Part shown: in pieces, positions 1-9,850 of the stretch
How the letters are laid out: every line of letters starts with the position of its first letter
Position numbering within the stretch: position 1 is the stretch's first letter
Assembly: GCA_964455675.1 (NCBI GenBank)
Contig: CAYVYK010000004.1
Coordinates: 1 to 64,000, forward strand
Source: an uncultured Methanosarcinales archaeon
GTDB taxonomy: Archaea > Nanobdellota > Nanobdellia > Woesearchaeales > CAYVYK01
Length of the DNA: 64,000 nt
Direction: 5' to 3'
Made by a program: the position numbers and the translations under genes
The notes under the pieces: model-generated
The model's database searches: none
What the model saw: the letters and a program-made list of their open reading frames with translations, nothing else
Told to the model about the DNA's origin: nothing

Positions 1-39
1 CGACGAAAACTATTTGAATAAGTTCCTCTGTCATGATCT

Positions 40-1002
40 ATGGCACAAGAAATACCCCTTTCTCAACTGAACGCACAGTCGTTCATCGATGACAAAATTG
101 CGGCAATAGTAGAAGCAGTAGGCGACGGCAAGGCTATCAACGCACTCTCGGGTGGTGTGGATTCTTCTGTCGTTACAATGCTCGGGCATCGCGCTCTCGG
201 CCCGCGGCTCGTAACGGTATTTGTGGATAACGGGATCATGCGTGAGGGAGAACCTGAATATGTCATCAAAACGTTTGAAGCTCTCGGGGTGCCCGTCGTT
301 CGCGTTGACGCGCAGCAGACTTTTTTTGATCGATTGAAAGGAAAAACGGATCCCGAGAGAAAGCGTGAAGCCATAACGCAGGCCTTCTATAGGGATGTAT
401 TCGGTGCGATGGTTCGTGAAAGCGGCGCTCAACATCTTCTTCATGGGACCAATTATACCGACGTGGAGGAAACTGTTGCGGGCATCAAGCGGCAGCACAA
501 CATCCTCGCACAACTTGGCATCGATCCTGAACAAGAATTTGGCTATCGTGTACTCGAGCCCATTGAGGAACTTCGCAAGCCTGCAGTGCGAGCGGTCGGT
601 GAAGCCCTTGGTCTGCCGAAAGAACTCTATGAACGCCCCCCCTTTCCCGGGCCCGCACTCGCGGCGCGCGTCATCGGAGAGGTTACACCAAGAAAGATAG
701 CCATGGTGCGTAGGGCAACAAGCATCGTTGAGGATGAGCTTTACTTCACCCATGCATTCCAGTACCTTGCAATCCTCCATGGTGACCGTGTGACTGGAAT
801 TGTGGATGGAAAACGAAAACTTGGATACCAGATTGAGGTACGCTGCTTTGATAGCACGGACGCAGTTGAAGCTGTACCTACTGCGGTTGACTGGAGAATG
901 CTCTTCGCTCTTGCAGATCGTATTACGGATGAGGTTCCTGGAGTCGTGAGCGTGACGTACAATATCACGGCAAAGCCGCCGACGACAATTGAACCGGTGT
1001 AA
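40..1002 (+). CDS. guaAB: GMP synthase, ATP pyrophosphatase subunit B (split archaeal type)
   Basis: SGGVDSS PP-loop, IKRQHN, PFPGPALAARVIGEVT, C-terminal YNITAKPPTTIE; no glutaminase domain. Confidence 0.93.
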   Translation: MAQEIPLSQLNAQSFIDDKIAAIVEAVGDGKAINALSGGVDSSVVTMLGHRALGPRLVTVFVDNGIMREGEPEYVIKTFEALGVPVVRVDAQQTFFDRLKGKTDPERKREAITQAFYRDVFGAMVRESGAQHLLHGTNYTDVEETVAGIKRQHNILAQLGIDPEQEFGYRVLEPIEELRKPAVRAVGEALGLPKELYERPPFPGPALAARVIGEVTPRKIAMVRRATSIVEDELYFTHAFQYLAILHGDRVTGIVDGKRKLGYQIEVRCFDSTDAVEAVPTAVDWRMLFALADRITDEVPGVVSVTYNITAKPPTTIEPV

Positions 1003-1056
1003 TACCCCAAATAGATCGGATTATTTACTAAAAATACGATAAAAAAATTGGCAGGG

Positions 1057-1845
1057 TTATATCTTTTCAATCAGTAATTCGTACGTACGGTCAGATGGTT
1101 CAACACCTGTTGCCTTGGCTAACGCCCCAAGTCTGTCAATATAACCATGACAGGCATACCTCAGAAGACGTTCTTGCACTAGCTTTGCTGGTACCGATGG
1201 AGTTATTCCTGTAGCGTCAACCAATGGTTGTAAGCCGAAGACTTGATCATGTTCGATCATCCACTGATATGATCTCTGGATAACTGATTCATCGAGTATT
1301 GTGGGTTTTATATTTGTGAATTCATACAACGCGCACAGATGATCTAACATCTCATCCTTCTGGAATTCAGCGTACATTTCCTGAATTGTGGATTCCGGAA
1401 CATTTAGCTTTACTCCAGTTACTTCCTGTATTTCTGCGATATCTTCAAACAGACATTTCTTGAGACAACGGACATAAGCTTGCTGAACCGTTCCATCCGA
1501 AGGCTGAATTCCTGTAGTTTGTCGCAAAGTCCTTACGCGCTCTAGATTTCCCTCTTCAAGGCACAGCGCGTATGCAGACTGGACCATGGATTCTGGAGGT
1601 GATTGGCCAGTTAATTTCTTTACGTCGCTAAACTTAAAGTACATTTCAGTATCCACCAAATCGGCTAAATGGGCTTGAATGGCCTCATCTGTCGGTGAAA
1701 CTCCTGTAAGATGACATATTGCTACAATATTTGGATAATAACCTTTCTGAAATTCATGAGCTATTCTTTGATGAACCCGGGCGATGATATCACTACCGGA
1801 AATACCCTGAGATTCAGCAATTGCTATCAGCTTTTGTAACGACAT
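1057..1845 (-). CDS. Hypothetical helical-repeat protein (about 7 repeats of 33-35 aa)
   Basis: Recurring TG(I/V)xP..(I/V)QxxY units in a 262-aa ORF; TATA-like TTTATAAA upstream. Confidence 0.7.
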   Translation of the reverse strand: MSLQKLIAIAESQGISGSDIIARVHQRIAHEFQKGYYPNIVAICHLTGVSPTDEAIQAHLADLVDTEMYFKFSDVKKLTGQSPPESMVQSAYALCLEEGNLERVRTLRQTTGIQPSDGTVQQAYVRCLKKCLFEDIAEIQEVTGVKLNVPESTIQEMYAEFQKDEMLDHLCALYEFTNIKPTILDESVIQRSYQWMIEHDQVFGLQPLVDATGITPSVPAKLVQERLLRYACHGYIDRLGALAKATGVEPSDRTYELLIEKI

Positions 1846-2009
1846 TTAGGCACCTCTATGATGCGATGAGTAACACGATTGGGTTTATAAAACTTTCGGT
1901 TATTCACTACTTACTGGGGACTACATTACATTGCTAATTCCAAAAATTTGTACGCTACCGAGAAATTACCACCCATCTACGAAAGCACGCATCTCATTAC
2001 CGAATCAAC

Positions 2010-2423
2010 CTAGCTGGTGAGTTTTTCACGCTGGGAGAACATTTTCTCGACATAGAATAGCGCGCCAAGGACAAGCAGTATGCCACCGAGGGCAAGCAGC
2101 CTCATCACTTCCAGGTCAAAGAAATGGAAGATGATCTCACGGATGATTGATATGATGCCTAGTTCCACCACACGCTCCACTTTCACATGATGATCCCGAA
2201 GGTAGAATAGTAAAATGACGACTAACTCGAGAAGGATAAGAACAAAAAGCCCGTTATCGATAGCGTGCTTAACCTCAGCGGAAAACAAGTCCTCTCGAAA
2301 GAGCGTGTAAAGCTGGCGAATGATGACAACAAGGACGCCCACAAGGAGAACGATGACGAGAACGTCAATGACCTTGCTGAAATACCATGTACTACCCTTT
2401 TCAGACTGGCGATATGATCTCAT
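2010..2423 (-). CDS. PsiE-family (phosphate-starvation-inducible) membrane protein
   Basis: Four TM segments, LFVLILLEL and VVELGIISIIREII motifs; start chosen at MRSYRQ about 25 nt after a TTTAAA box. Confidence 0.75.
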   Translation of the reverse strand: MRSYRQSEKGSTWYFSKVIDVLVIVLLVGVLVVIIRQLYTLFREDLFSAEVKHAIDNGLFVLILLELVVILLFYLRDHHVKVERVVELGIISIIREIIFHFFDLEVMRLLALGGILLVLGALFYVEKMFSQREKLTS

Positions 2424-2489
2424 GAAGGACCAAGCGGGAACTACGTTTAAATGCTTTGTCCTTAGCATTATAAAGCCGAGGTAAATGGC

Positions 2490-3071
2490 ATGCGTATGCG
2501 ACACTCATTGGCACTGTTGGCACTTGCGCTCGCTACTTGCGGTTGCCAGAACATTCAGCCCTCGAGCGTTCGGACAGGACTTGTCTTTCGCGAGGCATAC
2601 GGTCGCTGGAAAGTCTACAACAAGCATGAGAACGTTCCCTACGGAAGAATCCAGGCAAATTTTGATGTTGCGGAGAAGACGGATGCCTGGATGCGGATGG
2701 ATTATACGCATGGACAGGTGGATGTTCATCAATACTTCACTGACGCGGCAGCTGAGGGCAGCATGGCCAGCATTGGGGGAGGTCTATCCTACTTTCCAAC
2801 CAAACATATCAGCCTTGATGCGGGAGCGGAATTATTTACGGCGAATGTCGAATCACTCCGCGGAACGCTCGGGCCAATCCACCATGATATCAGCGACAGA
2901 CTCTATGGGGGAGGGATTACCTTTGGAATAACCGGAGAGTTACCCGTCACTTCATCAGTTTTCATTTTCGGGACCGCAGGGTATACGTTCACGGAAAGCT
3001 GGAGCAGGGAGGCAGGATATGATTTTGATGGCTATTTCGCAGGCTTTGGCGTCGGGCTCAAATTCAAGTAA
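2490..3071 (+). CDS. Secreted/lipoprotein-like protein resembling an outer-membrane beta-barrel
   Basis: Signal peptide with LATCGC; alternating G/aromatic beta-strands; C-terminus FDGYFAGFGVGLKFK. Confidence 0.6.
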   Translation: MRMRHSLALLALALATCGCQNIQPSSVRTGLVFREAYGRWKVYNKHENVPYGRIQANFDVAEKTDAWMRMDYTHGQVDVHQYFTDAAAEGSMASIGGGLSYFPTKHISLDAGAELFTANVESLRGTLGPIHHDISDRLYGGGITFGITGELPVTSSVFIFGTAGYTFTESWSREAGYDFDGYFAGFGVGLKFK

Positions 3072-3118
3072 GGATCGGCGTAACAAAGTTTAAAAAGTAG
3101 CTTTTTCTGCATATTCAC

Positions 3119-3547
3119 ATGGAGCATTTTGAGGTAAGAGAACCGCATTATTTTAGCATTACAGACTTCATCAAGGCGCTGTTTGGATCAATCTTCATTG
3201 CTGTCATGTTCCTCTTCAAGGGATCCTTGGCGAATTATGCCCTAAAACTCTCTGATAAACATATTTTCGTGCTTTTCTTGTTTACAGCGTTGATGGTGAG
3301 CCTTGAGATCTATATCCTGAGCTACAAGTTCGTACGCGACCGAAAATCACGACCATTTGCTGAATTCTGGATGAAGCGGTTTTTCGCGATAACAGTAAGC
3401 GCGTTCTGCGCGGTATACGTGTGCATATATCTCTACGGAATCAATAATTTTTACACATCGACCGAAATATTCAAGCTTGCCGTTGCAATCTTCTTTCCAG
3501 CAGCAACTGTCGGAGCGGCAATTGAGATACTGAAGAAATCGGATTAG
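3119..3547 (+). CDS. Integral membrane protein (DUF2391-like)
   Basis: Four TM helices, DFIKALFGS near the N-terminus and GAAIEIL end; TATA TTTAAAAA at about 3088. Confidence 0.55.
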   Translation: MEHFEVREPHYFSITDFIKALFGSIFIAVMFLFKGSLANYALKLSDKHIFVLFLFTALMVSLEIYILSYKFVRDRKSRPFAEFWMKRFFAITVSAFCAVYVCIYLYGINNFYTSTEIFKLAVAIFFPAATVGAAIEILKKSD

Positions 3548-4279
3548 ATGGGAGTGAGACTCATGATAAAACAACCAAAGCCAGCGAGAATGCCTGTTTA
3601 TACCACTGACGAACTACCCGTGCCGACGGATCCCCTATCGGAAGCAAGCGGAAGAACCGCAGCGATCAACCTGAGAAACAAGTACCAGGTAGATCTTGAC
3701 AATGCGTACGCGAATGCCGTAAATGCAGTCCAGCACGTTCAACATCGTGTACCAGAATATCAGGAATCTGTCGCTGGAAGGGCAAGTACGAGTATCAAAT
3801 CCCACCATGCAGAACGGATACAGTTATACACCCAACTTGCCAAAATTCTCGGAGAGACTGCGAAATTCAGCTCAGACGCACAGGGAGACGATCTGATCGA
3901 CTCAGTCCTCACATTCCTACGGCAGAGAAAGGAACTGCAGAAAAATGAGCATGTGAAACGCATGATACGGCTCATCGAGCAGAGTGAAAAGGTCATTAAG
4001 AAAGACCAAATGGATATTAGCAAGAGAGAGGGAAAGACAAACGAAATACAGTCTCAGATCGCGGCAGACGCCCTAAAAGCCGAACAACGACTCGCTGCAT
4101 ACGACAAGGTATTCAACGAATGGAAGCTCAAGATAAGCACAACCCCCTACTACACGAGCAAGGATTTTCTCAAGTTGCCCCAGCACCAGCGCATCCAGCT
4201 GCAGCCAAATACCGTGCAGCATGATACTACCAAGCTGAAGCGCGATCTAGCTACCGCGAAGTCACAACTCGGAATCTAA
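3548..4279 (+). CDS. Hypothetical helical/coiled-coil protein
   Basis: 243-aa ORF directly after the previous stop; no recognisable motif; start may be 3563. Confidence 0.6.
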   Translation: MGVRLMIKQPKPARMPVYTTDELPVPTDPLSEASGRTAAINLRNKYQVDLDNAYANAVNAVQHVQHRVPEYQESVAGRASTSIKSHHAERIQLYTQLAKILGETAKFSSDAQGDDLIDSVLTFLRQRKELQKNEHVKRMIRLIEQSEKVIKKDQMDISKREGKTNEIQSQIAADALKAEQRLAAYDKVFNEWKLKISTTPYYTSKDFLKLPQHQRIQLQPNTVQHDTTKLKRDLATAKSQLGI

Positions 4280-4300
4280 TCCAGAGAAGCAGACGAGCGA

Positions 4301-5368
4301 CTATTTCTGGTTCCGCAAGAGGCACATCTCAACGTCCTCATCGCGGATGGTAGACAGTCTTTTCTGAAATTCTTGAACGAGATCGACGACCTTATCAGCG
4401 AGCATCTTCTTCACTTCACCACTTAGGAGCTCTCCCTTGCGATACTTGGTGAATAATTCATTTGATTCTTCGTCACTCATGAAGTATTTGCCCAGGTAGA
4501 AGCAGGCCACGTCCTTGTCGGGATTACCCCCATGCTTCCGATGCTCTTCCACGCTGACAGCCCCGCCACTGAACGCTTGATTAATCTTCTTCCTCAGAAT
4601 TTTCTCGCTGTCGCTGAAATACAGGGTGTTATTCCTCGATTTTGACATCTTCTCGCCGTCGATACCAGGCATGAACGTGATATGAATAACCGCATTTTTC
4701 TGGTATCCAAAGCGCGACGCGATGTCGCGCGCGATACGCAAGTGGCTATCCTCATCAGGACCAATGGGCACAAGAACATGCTTGATGCCAAACTGCTCCT
4801 GCGGGAAAAGAACATGAGCTGACTGGACCGCAGGATAAAAGAACAGTCCTGGATTATCCTCCATCTTATACCCATAGACAGCCTTAACTTCTGAGAGGGT
4901 GATTTTCTTTGAAAGTTTGATCGCAAAATTGTAGATATTAGTATAAATCTGGTCGATGATGAGATACGTTTTTTTCGGATCAAAACCATACGCGAGAAGT
5001 TCTTTTGCAAGGCGCATTGAGTTCTGCAGAGCCTCTTCCTGGTCTTTCACTTTCCCGCTCACATAGCTTTCATCGTCGGAAATCGGAATGAATACTGGGA
5101 GGCCATGCTCACGTTGGAAATACAGATTTGTATCAAACACTGCCTTATGGCCAAGATGAATCGTTCCAGAAGCATTGAAGCCTGAGACGATCGCGCACTT
5201 CTCCCCTTTCTTCAAGGCGCGTAGGAACACATCAAGATCACGATGTGAGTACACAAGACCCTTCTGGAACGTATAGAAATCAGGTAGCTTCGCTACCTTA
5301 GCGATTGGTTCAGCACCAAAAGATTCCACAAGTTTACGGTTGTCTTCCATTAATTTCTGTGCATCCAT
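4301..5368 (-). CDS. trpS: Tryptophanyl-tRNA synthetase (archaeal type)
   Basis: HIGH-like TIHLGH, KMSKS, AFSGG..EEHRKHGGNPDKDV, GELLSGEVK. Confidence 0.95.
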   Translation of the reverse strand: MDAQKLMEDNRKLVESFGAEPIAKVAKLPDFYTFQKGLVYSHRDLDVFLRALKKGEKCAIVSGFNASGTIHLGHKAVFDTNLYFQREHGLPVFIPISDDESYVSGKVKDQEEALQNSMRLAKELLAYGFDPKKTYLIIDQIYTNIYNFAIKLSKKITLSEVKAVYGYKMEDNPGLFFYPAVQSAHVLFPQEQFGIKHVLVPIGPDEDSHLRIARDIASRFGYQKNAVIHITFMPGIDGEKMSKSRNNTLYFSDSEKILRKKINQAFSGGAVSVEEHRKHGGNPDKDVACFYLGKYFMSDEESNELFTKYRKGELLSGEVKKMLADKVVDLVQEFQKRLSTIRDEDVEMCLLRNQK

Positions 5369-5415
5369 ATCGGTTGATGCACGAAGATGAGTTTAAATAT
5401 CTATCGAGAATGGCG

Positions 5416-5892
5416 CTAAACAAATGTGGCAGACACCCAGATACCTATGAAGTACGTAACCGCGATCACGATGCCCGCAATCATCAAATGCTCAAGAATG
5501 ACATGAAACGGGCTTTCCTTGTGACGCTTTGCCACAACAAAACTCAGCGATGCAATAAGTGCCATACCCCAGAGAATGCTCACAATGACCGAAACCATCA
5601 GCGGGAGAAGCAGGACGGGGACGAGAAATGTCAGGGCAAAAATAATCTTCGCGAGCCAGGTCGAAATTGTGGATTTCCATACATGCTCTGTAGAATTCTT
5701 TGCTTCAGACTCCTCAGAAATATGCATGCCCAATGCGTCTGAAAGCGCATCAGCAAAAGCGATCGTAAAAATACCGCCAATGACGACCATCCTTGAATGA
5801 GTACTCGCATAGAGGCCGATCATCATACCAAGGGTAGTGATTATACCCGAGGTCAAACCAAAGCTTAAGCCTTTCATGGCTGAAATGTCCAT
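5416..5892 (-). CDS. VIT1/CCC1-like membrane protein (metal transporter family)
   Basis: FGLTSGIITTLG and ADALSDALGMHISEESE motifs; five TM segments. Confidence 0.75.
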   Translation of the reverse strand: MDISAMKGLSFGLTSGIITTLGMMIGLYASTHSRMVVIGGIFTIAFADALSDALGMHISEESEAKNSTEHVWKSTISTWLAKIIFALTFLVPVLLLPLMVSVIVSILWGMALIASLSFVVAKRHKESPFHVILEHLMIAGIVIAVTYFIGIWVSATFV

Positions 5893-6039
5893 CCGGTAAC
5901 ATTTGAGAAATACCTATTAAAATGTTTCGAGCCCAATCGTGGAGGAGTACTCACTAGAGGATACTCACGCATCCTTTTAACTTCAATAGCCGTTGAAGTC
6001 TTCAACACGTATTTATAGCGCAATCGTATTTGGAGGTGC

Positions 6040-7626
6040 ATGCGCGTGAAACGAATTGTCATTATTAGCTCAATTGTCGCGACACTAGTGCTCGTCTTGT
6101 TATTTGCAGGTCTTGTCATGACAAAGAGCATGTTTACGAAGCTCAGCGGGGACATGAGCTCCAAAGAGATGCAATACTTTCCAGGCAGAGCAGACAGCAT
6201 TGCACCCCCCAGGGGAACCACTAATCAAGAATCGGCACGCGTGAACACTGGCGGAGCAATGCCTCCACCGGTTGCCATGGACTCCGCATACCGACAGATG
6301 TACTTTGAGGATTATGGCACGAATGTATTCCTCAATCCGGCGCAGGATCCCCTATCAACATTTGGCCTTGATGTGGACACAGCATCGTACAGTATAGCTA
6401 AGAATTATATTATGCGTGGGGAATTGCCACCGACGGATGCTATACGTCCTGAAGAGTTTATCAACTATTTTGAGTATGATTACCCAGAGCCAGAAGATAC
6501 CTTTAGTATCACCACCTATCTGGCACCTTCACCATTTGACCCCTCACTCCACTATCTCCTTATAGGACTTCGGGCCGAAAAGCCAGTTGAACGAAAACCT
6601 GCAATCCTCACATTCGTCGTTGACGTATCTGGCTCGATGAACCAAGAAAACCGGCTCGGACTCGTCAAACGGAGCCTGAAATACCTTGTGGACAACTTGC
6701 AGGAAGGAGACAGAATCGCGATCATTGCATACAGCACGCAAGCGACACTCATGATATCCCACACGCCAGCGGAATACAAACAGATCATGTACGATTCCAT
6801 TGACCGGCTTGGCGCACAGGGATCAACGAACGCGGAAGCGGGATTGCGCCGTGGATACCTTGAGGCGAGAAAAGGGTATCAAGCGGGAGCAAATAACCGG
6901 GTCATTCTCATTTCCGACGGTGTCGCGAACACAGGAGCTACCACGCCCGACGCAATACTTTCCGTCATTGACGAATATAAGGAACAAGGTATTGAGCTAA
7001 GCGCGATTGGTGTAGGAATGGGCAATTTCAATGATGTTCTTCTCGAACAAATCGCGGATAAAGCTGATGGGAACTACGCATACATCAACGATTTCAATGA
7101 AGCAGAGAGAATCTTCTCTGAACAGCTCGAGGGAACGCTTATCACCATCGCGAAAGACGCGCGCGTGCAAATCAGGTTCAATCCAAGCGCAGTGAAACGA
7201 TACCGTTTGATAGGCTACGAGAACCGAGCAATGGAAGACTCTCAATTCAGGAATGATTCAGCGGACGCTGGAGAAGTTGGCGCAGGGCATGAGGTTACGG
7301 CTATTTACGAAGTAGAATTGAGAATGGAATCGAGCATGCCGCCTGGAACAGTGTTCCTCAGATATGAGGACGCAGAAGGAGGAGCCATACGAGAGCAAAC
7401 GCAGGATATCATGCCATCTTACAGCGAGTTCTCATTGGCGCCTGACCGCTATAGGCTAGCAATCATCGCAGCACGATTTGCGCAAATACTCAAGCATAGC
7501 GTTCCCCCACCGTCCATCGACAAAGTCATTCAAATCTATGGGGGAATACACGCTCGAAACGAAGCTGAGGCAGACTTTGGCAATGTGCTCCGTAATGCAC
7601 AACAGTTAATTCAACAACAAAGGTGA
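6040..7626 (+). CDS. Membrane-anchored VWA-domain protein, YfbK-like
   Basis: PLSTFGLDVDTASYS, RPEEFINYF, MIDAS DVSGSM, ILISDGVAN, YRLIGYENR, DAGEVGAGHEVTAIYEV. Confidence 0.9.
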   Translation: MRVKRIVIISSIVATLVLVLLFAGLVMTKSMFTKLSGDMSSKEMQYFPGRADSIAPPRGTTNQESARVNTGGAMPPPVAMDSAYRQMYFEDYGTNVFLNPAQDPLSTFGLDVDTASYSIAKNYIMRGELPPTDAIRPEEFINYFEYDYPEPEDTFSITTYLAPSPFDPSLHYLLIGLRAEKPVERKPAILTFVVDVSGSMNQENRLGLVKRSLKYLVDNLQEGDRIAIIAYSTQATLMISHTPAEYKQIMYDSIDRLGAQGSTNAEAGLRRGYLEARKGYQAGANNRVILISDGVANTGATTPDAILSVIDEYKEQGIELSAIGVGMGNFNDVLLEQIADKADGNYAYINDFNEAERIFSEQLEGTLITIAKDARVQIRFNPSAVKRYRLIGYENRAMEDSQFRNDSADAGEVGAGHEVTAIYEVELRMESSMPPGTVFLRYEDAEGGAIREQTQDIMPSYSEFSLAPDRYRLAIIAARFAQILKHSVPPPSIDKVIQIYGGIHARNEAEADFGNVLRNAQQLIQQQR

Positions 7627-8951
7627 AACCTATGACCAATCTAACAAAAATCTTCGTACCATTACTCGTGTTTGTGCTGATGACAACTATATCATGCGCT
7701 GACATCGTGAGCCCATCAGGCATGAACCCATTACCATTCATATCATCAGCGGATCAGTACTACCGCGTGATGTTCGACGGTGAAGGCGAAGCGCTTGTCA
7801 TCCTTCGCATGGCAATCAACAATAAGGAAGACCAGGCTATTCAGAACGTGAATGTTGAGATACCTACTGATCAGCCGGTGTACTTGTACGGGGTCATCCA
7901 AGAAGGATATACAACGACAGAGGCATGCGATTATTACATCGACGGATGCGTTCAATATGGGGATGGATCAACATGCATCGAATATGACTGGAATGGAAAC
8001 TGCATCAATGAACAGCGTCCCTGCCTCCAGTATGGACAGGTATGCCATCAGTACGTCACACGAGGAGGGGTGCATGGATACGACAAACTGATCGTGACTG
8101 CAGTCCCACAAGGGTCATCAATCCTCCTTCCCATACAACTCAGCAATGCAGTTCCTGTGGGAGGACAGACGACATTACTCATTATGTACAAGACGGAATC
8201 CTATGCTGAAAAATCCCTGGGAGCGTGGAAGTTCTCATTTGAGACTGCAAAAGTTCCGTACGCAAGCAATACTGTGAGGGTCGCTGTGAACGTACAACCG
8301 GGACTGTACCTTAAGGGGACGAAGGAGAACGTTAACTATGCACCAAACTTCATGCTCATGGAGAAAGCAATGTCCTCCATGAGTGTTCAGGACTCGGCAA
8401 CCATCGATTCCTTCTCAAACGAGATCATGAGAGCTTCCGGATACGTCAAAACCACAAGCTTGCTTGATCCATACGAAAGCTACACCGTGGAAGGCAAGTA
8501 TTCGTCGAGTTGGCTTACGGTGTATATCTGGAAAATACTTGGGGTGCTCATCGTCATTGGGATCCTCGTGTGGCTCATCGTGCATGTGGTCAAACGACTT
8601 CATCTCTACAGCGAGGACCATATCAAGAAGAAGGAAAACGGACCGCACACATTCCTCATCCCATTTATTGGAGGACTCATTGGCGCAGTGTCAATCCTCC
8701 TCCTCTATGCCATCGTATACCTCCTGTCATTCCTGTTTAAGCAATCCATGGGGTACTCGAGCGCTGGAATGTGGACGTTCCTTGCTGGACTCCTTGCGAC
8801 GCTCATTGGTCTTGGCATTCTTATCGGGAGTGGCGTGTATACAGGGACAAAATACGGGCCTGCGGTTGGACTATTCACGGTGCTATCCATATTTGTATGG
8901 ATATTCATCTTTGTGATCATCCTTGGCATTGCCGTCGGGATCGTCCATTAA
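7623..8951 (+). CDS. Hypothetical membrane protein: extracellular domain with Cys-rich insert plus four C-terminal TMs
   Basis: Signal peptide, Cys-rich segment, hydrophobic C-terminus; overlaps the stop of the VWA gene. Confidence 0.7.
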   Translation: MKPMTNLTKIFVPLLVFVLMTTISCADIVSPSGMNPLPFISSADQYYRVMFDGEGEALVILRMAINNKEDQAIQNVNVEIPTDQPVYLYGVIQEGYTTTEACDYYIDGCVQYGDGSTCIEYDWNGNCINEQRPCLQYGQVCHQYVTRGGVHGYDKLIVTAVPQGSSILLPIQLSNAVPVGGQTTLLIMYKTESYAEKSLGAWKFSFETAKVPYASNTVRVAVNVQPGLYLKGTKENVNYAPNFMLMEKAMSSMSVQDSATIDSFSNEIMRASGYVKTTSLLDPYESYTVEGKYSSSWLTVYIWKILGVLIVIGILVWLIVHVVKRLHLYSEDHIKKKENGPHTFLIPFIGGLIGAVSILLLYAIVYLLSFLFKQSMGYSSAGMWTFLAGLLATLIGLGILIGSGVYTGTKYGPAVGLFTVLSIFVWIFIFVIILGIAVGIVH

Positions 8952-8989
8952 TGCTAAACTATTTATAGACCTCATGCATAGAGTAATGT

Positions 8990-9850
8990 ATGAGGTGGCT
9001 TTTCTTTTTCCTGATACTGGTGTTCCTGCCCGCAGCATGGGGAGAGACCCAGGACTATTATGTGAGTGACACAACTTATTCCTGGGAGGAGATCCAGGAT
9101 GTCTTTTATCTTAAAGTAGAGTTCGATATTGGAAACCATGGAGATACGGTCGCACGCTATGTCAACTATTCAGTATTGATCGATGGCGATGGGGATGAAG
9201 CCACAACTGATGATAAGGTCGGACCTGGCGATGAAGCGCATGTATCATACATCAGGGTATCACCGCTTGGGGAATTTGAGCTTCGAGTCGAGATATATCC
9301 ACCCGATGACGCTGATGGAGAGCTTGAAGAGAATGATTTCTGGGCGGAAAACGTCACATTCGAAGAAGATAGTAATCAAAATGTCTTGCCAAATGTCGCA
9401 ACAACAATCCTTGGAGCCATACGCAGCTGGCAACAAAGCGAAGAAGCATTGCGAGAGCTGAAGATAACGATGGGAACGAACGCTCCAACAGAAGACATAC
9501 AAGTAGCCGATGGGATTCATGATATATTCTATCCAGGTGACAAGGGAAAACCGATCAAACCGCACAGGTGGATGGATAAAGACGTTGCGCAAGCGCGAAA
9601 AGCAGTACTCGTTGGCGGAGGCTGCGCAAACACAATGGTGCAATACTACTTCCCAAATGATGGCCTCACTTGCGAGACTTGGAGGCTCAAACCAGGGCAG
9701 GCAATCATTAAGTACGCGAGCACGGACATCGGCGATGTTATTCTTATCGCGGGAACGCACAAGGAAGACACGCTTAAAGCGCTAGCGGAATTCCAGAACT
9801 ACTACTACAGTTACAAGTTCATGTACCACAATCAGACGATCATTGAATGA
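8990..9850 (+). CDS. Secreted protein with Ig-like (CARDB-like) domain and S-layer-type C-terminal domain
   Basis: Signal peptide; VLVGGGCAN and ILIAGTHKEDTLKA resemble the archaeal S-layer C-terminal motif. Confidence 0.6.
   Translation: MRWLFFFLILVFLPAAWGETQDYYVSDTTYSWEEIQDVFYLKVEFDIGNHGDTVARYVNYSVLIDGDGDEATTDDKVGPGDEAHVSYIRVSPLGEFELRVEIYPPDDADGELEENDFWAENVTFEEDSNQNVLPNVATTILGAIRSWQQSEEALRELKITMGTNAPTEDIQVADGIHDIFYPGDKGKPIKPHRWMDKDVAQARKAVLVGGGCANTMVQYYFPNDGLTCETWRLKPGQAIIKYASTDIGDVILIAGTHKEDTLKALAEFQNYYYSYKFMYHNQTIIE

Noticed and set aside
31..780. 249-aa minus-strand ORF, and many similar shadow ORFs throughout the window
   Set aside because: Antisense to genes with clear family motifs and lacking motifs of their own
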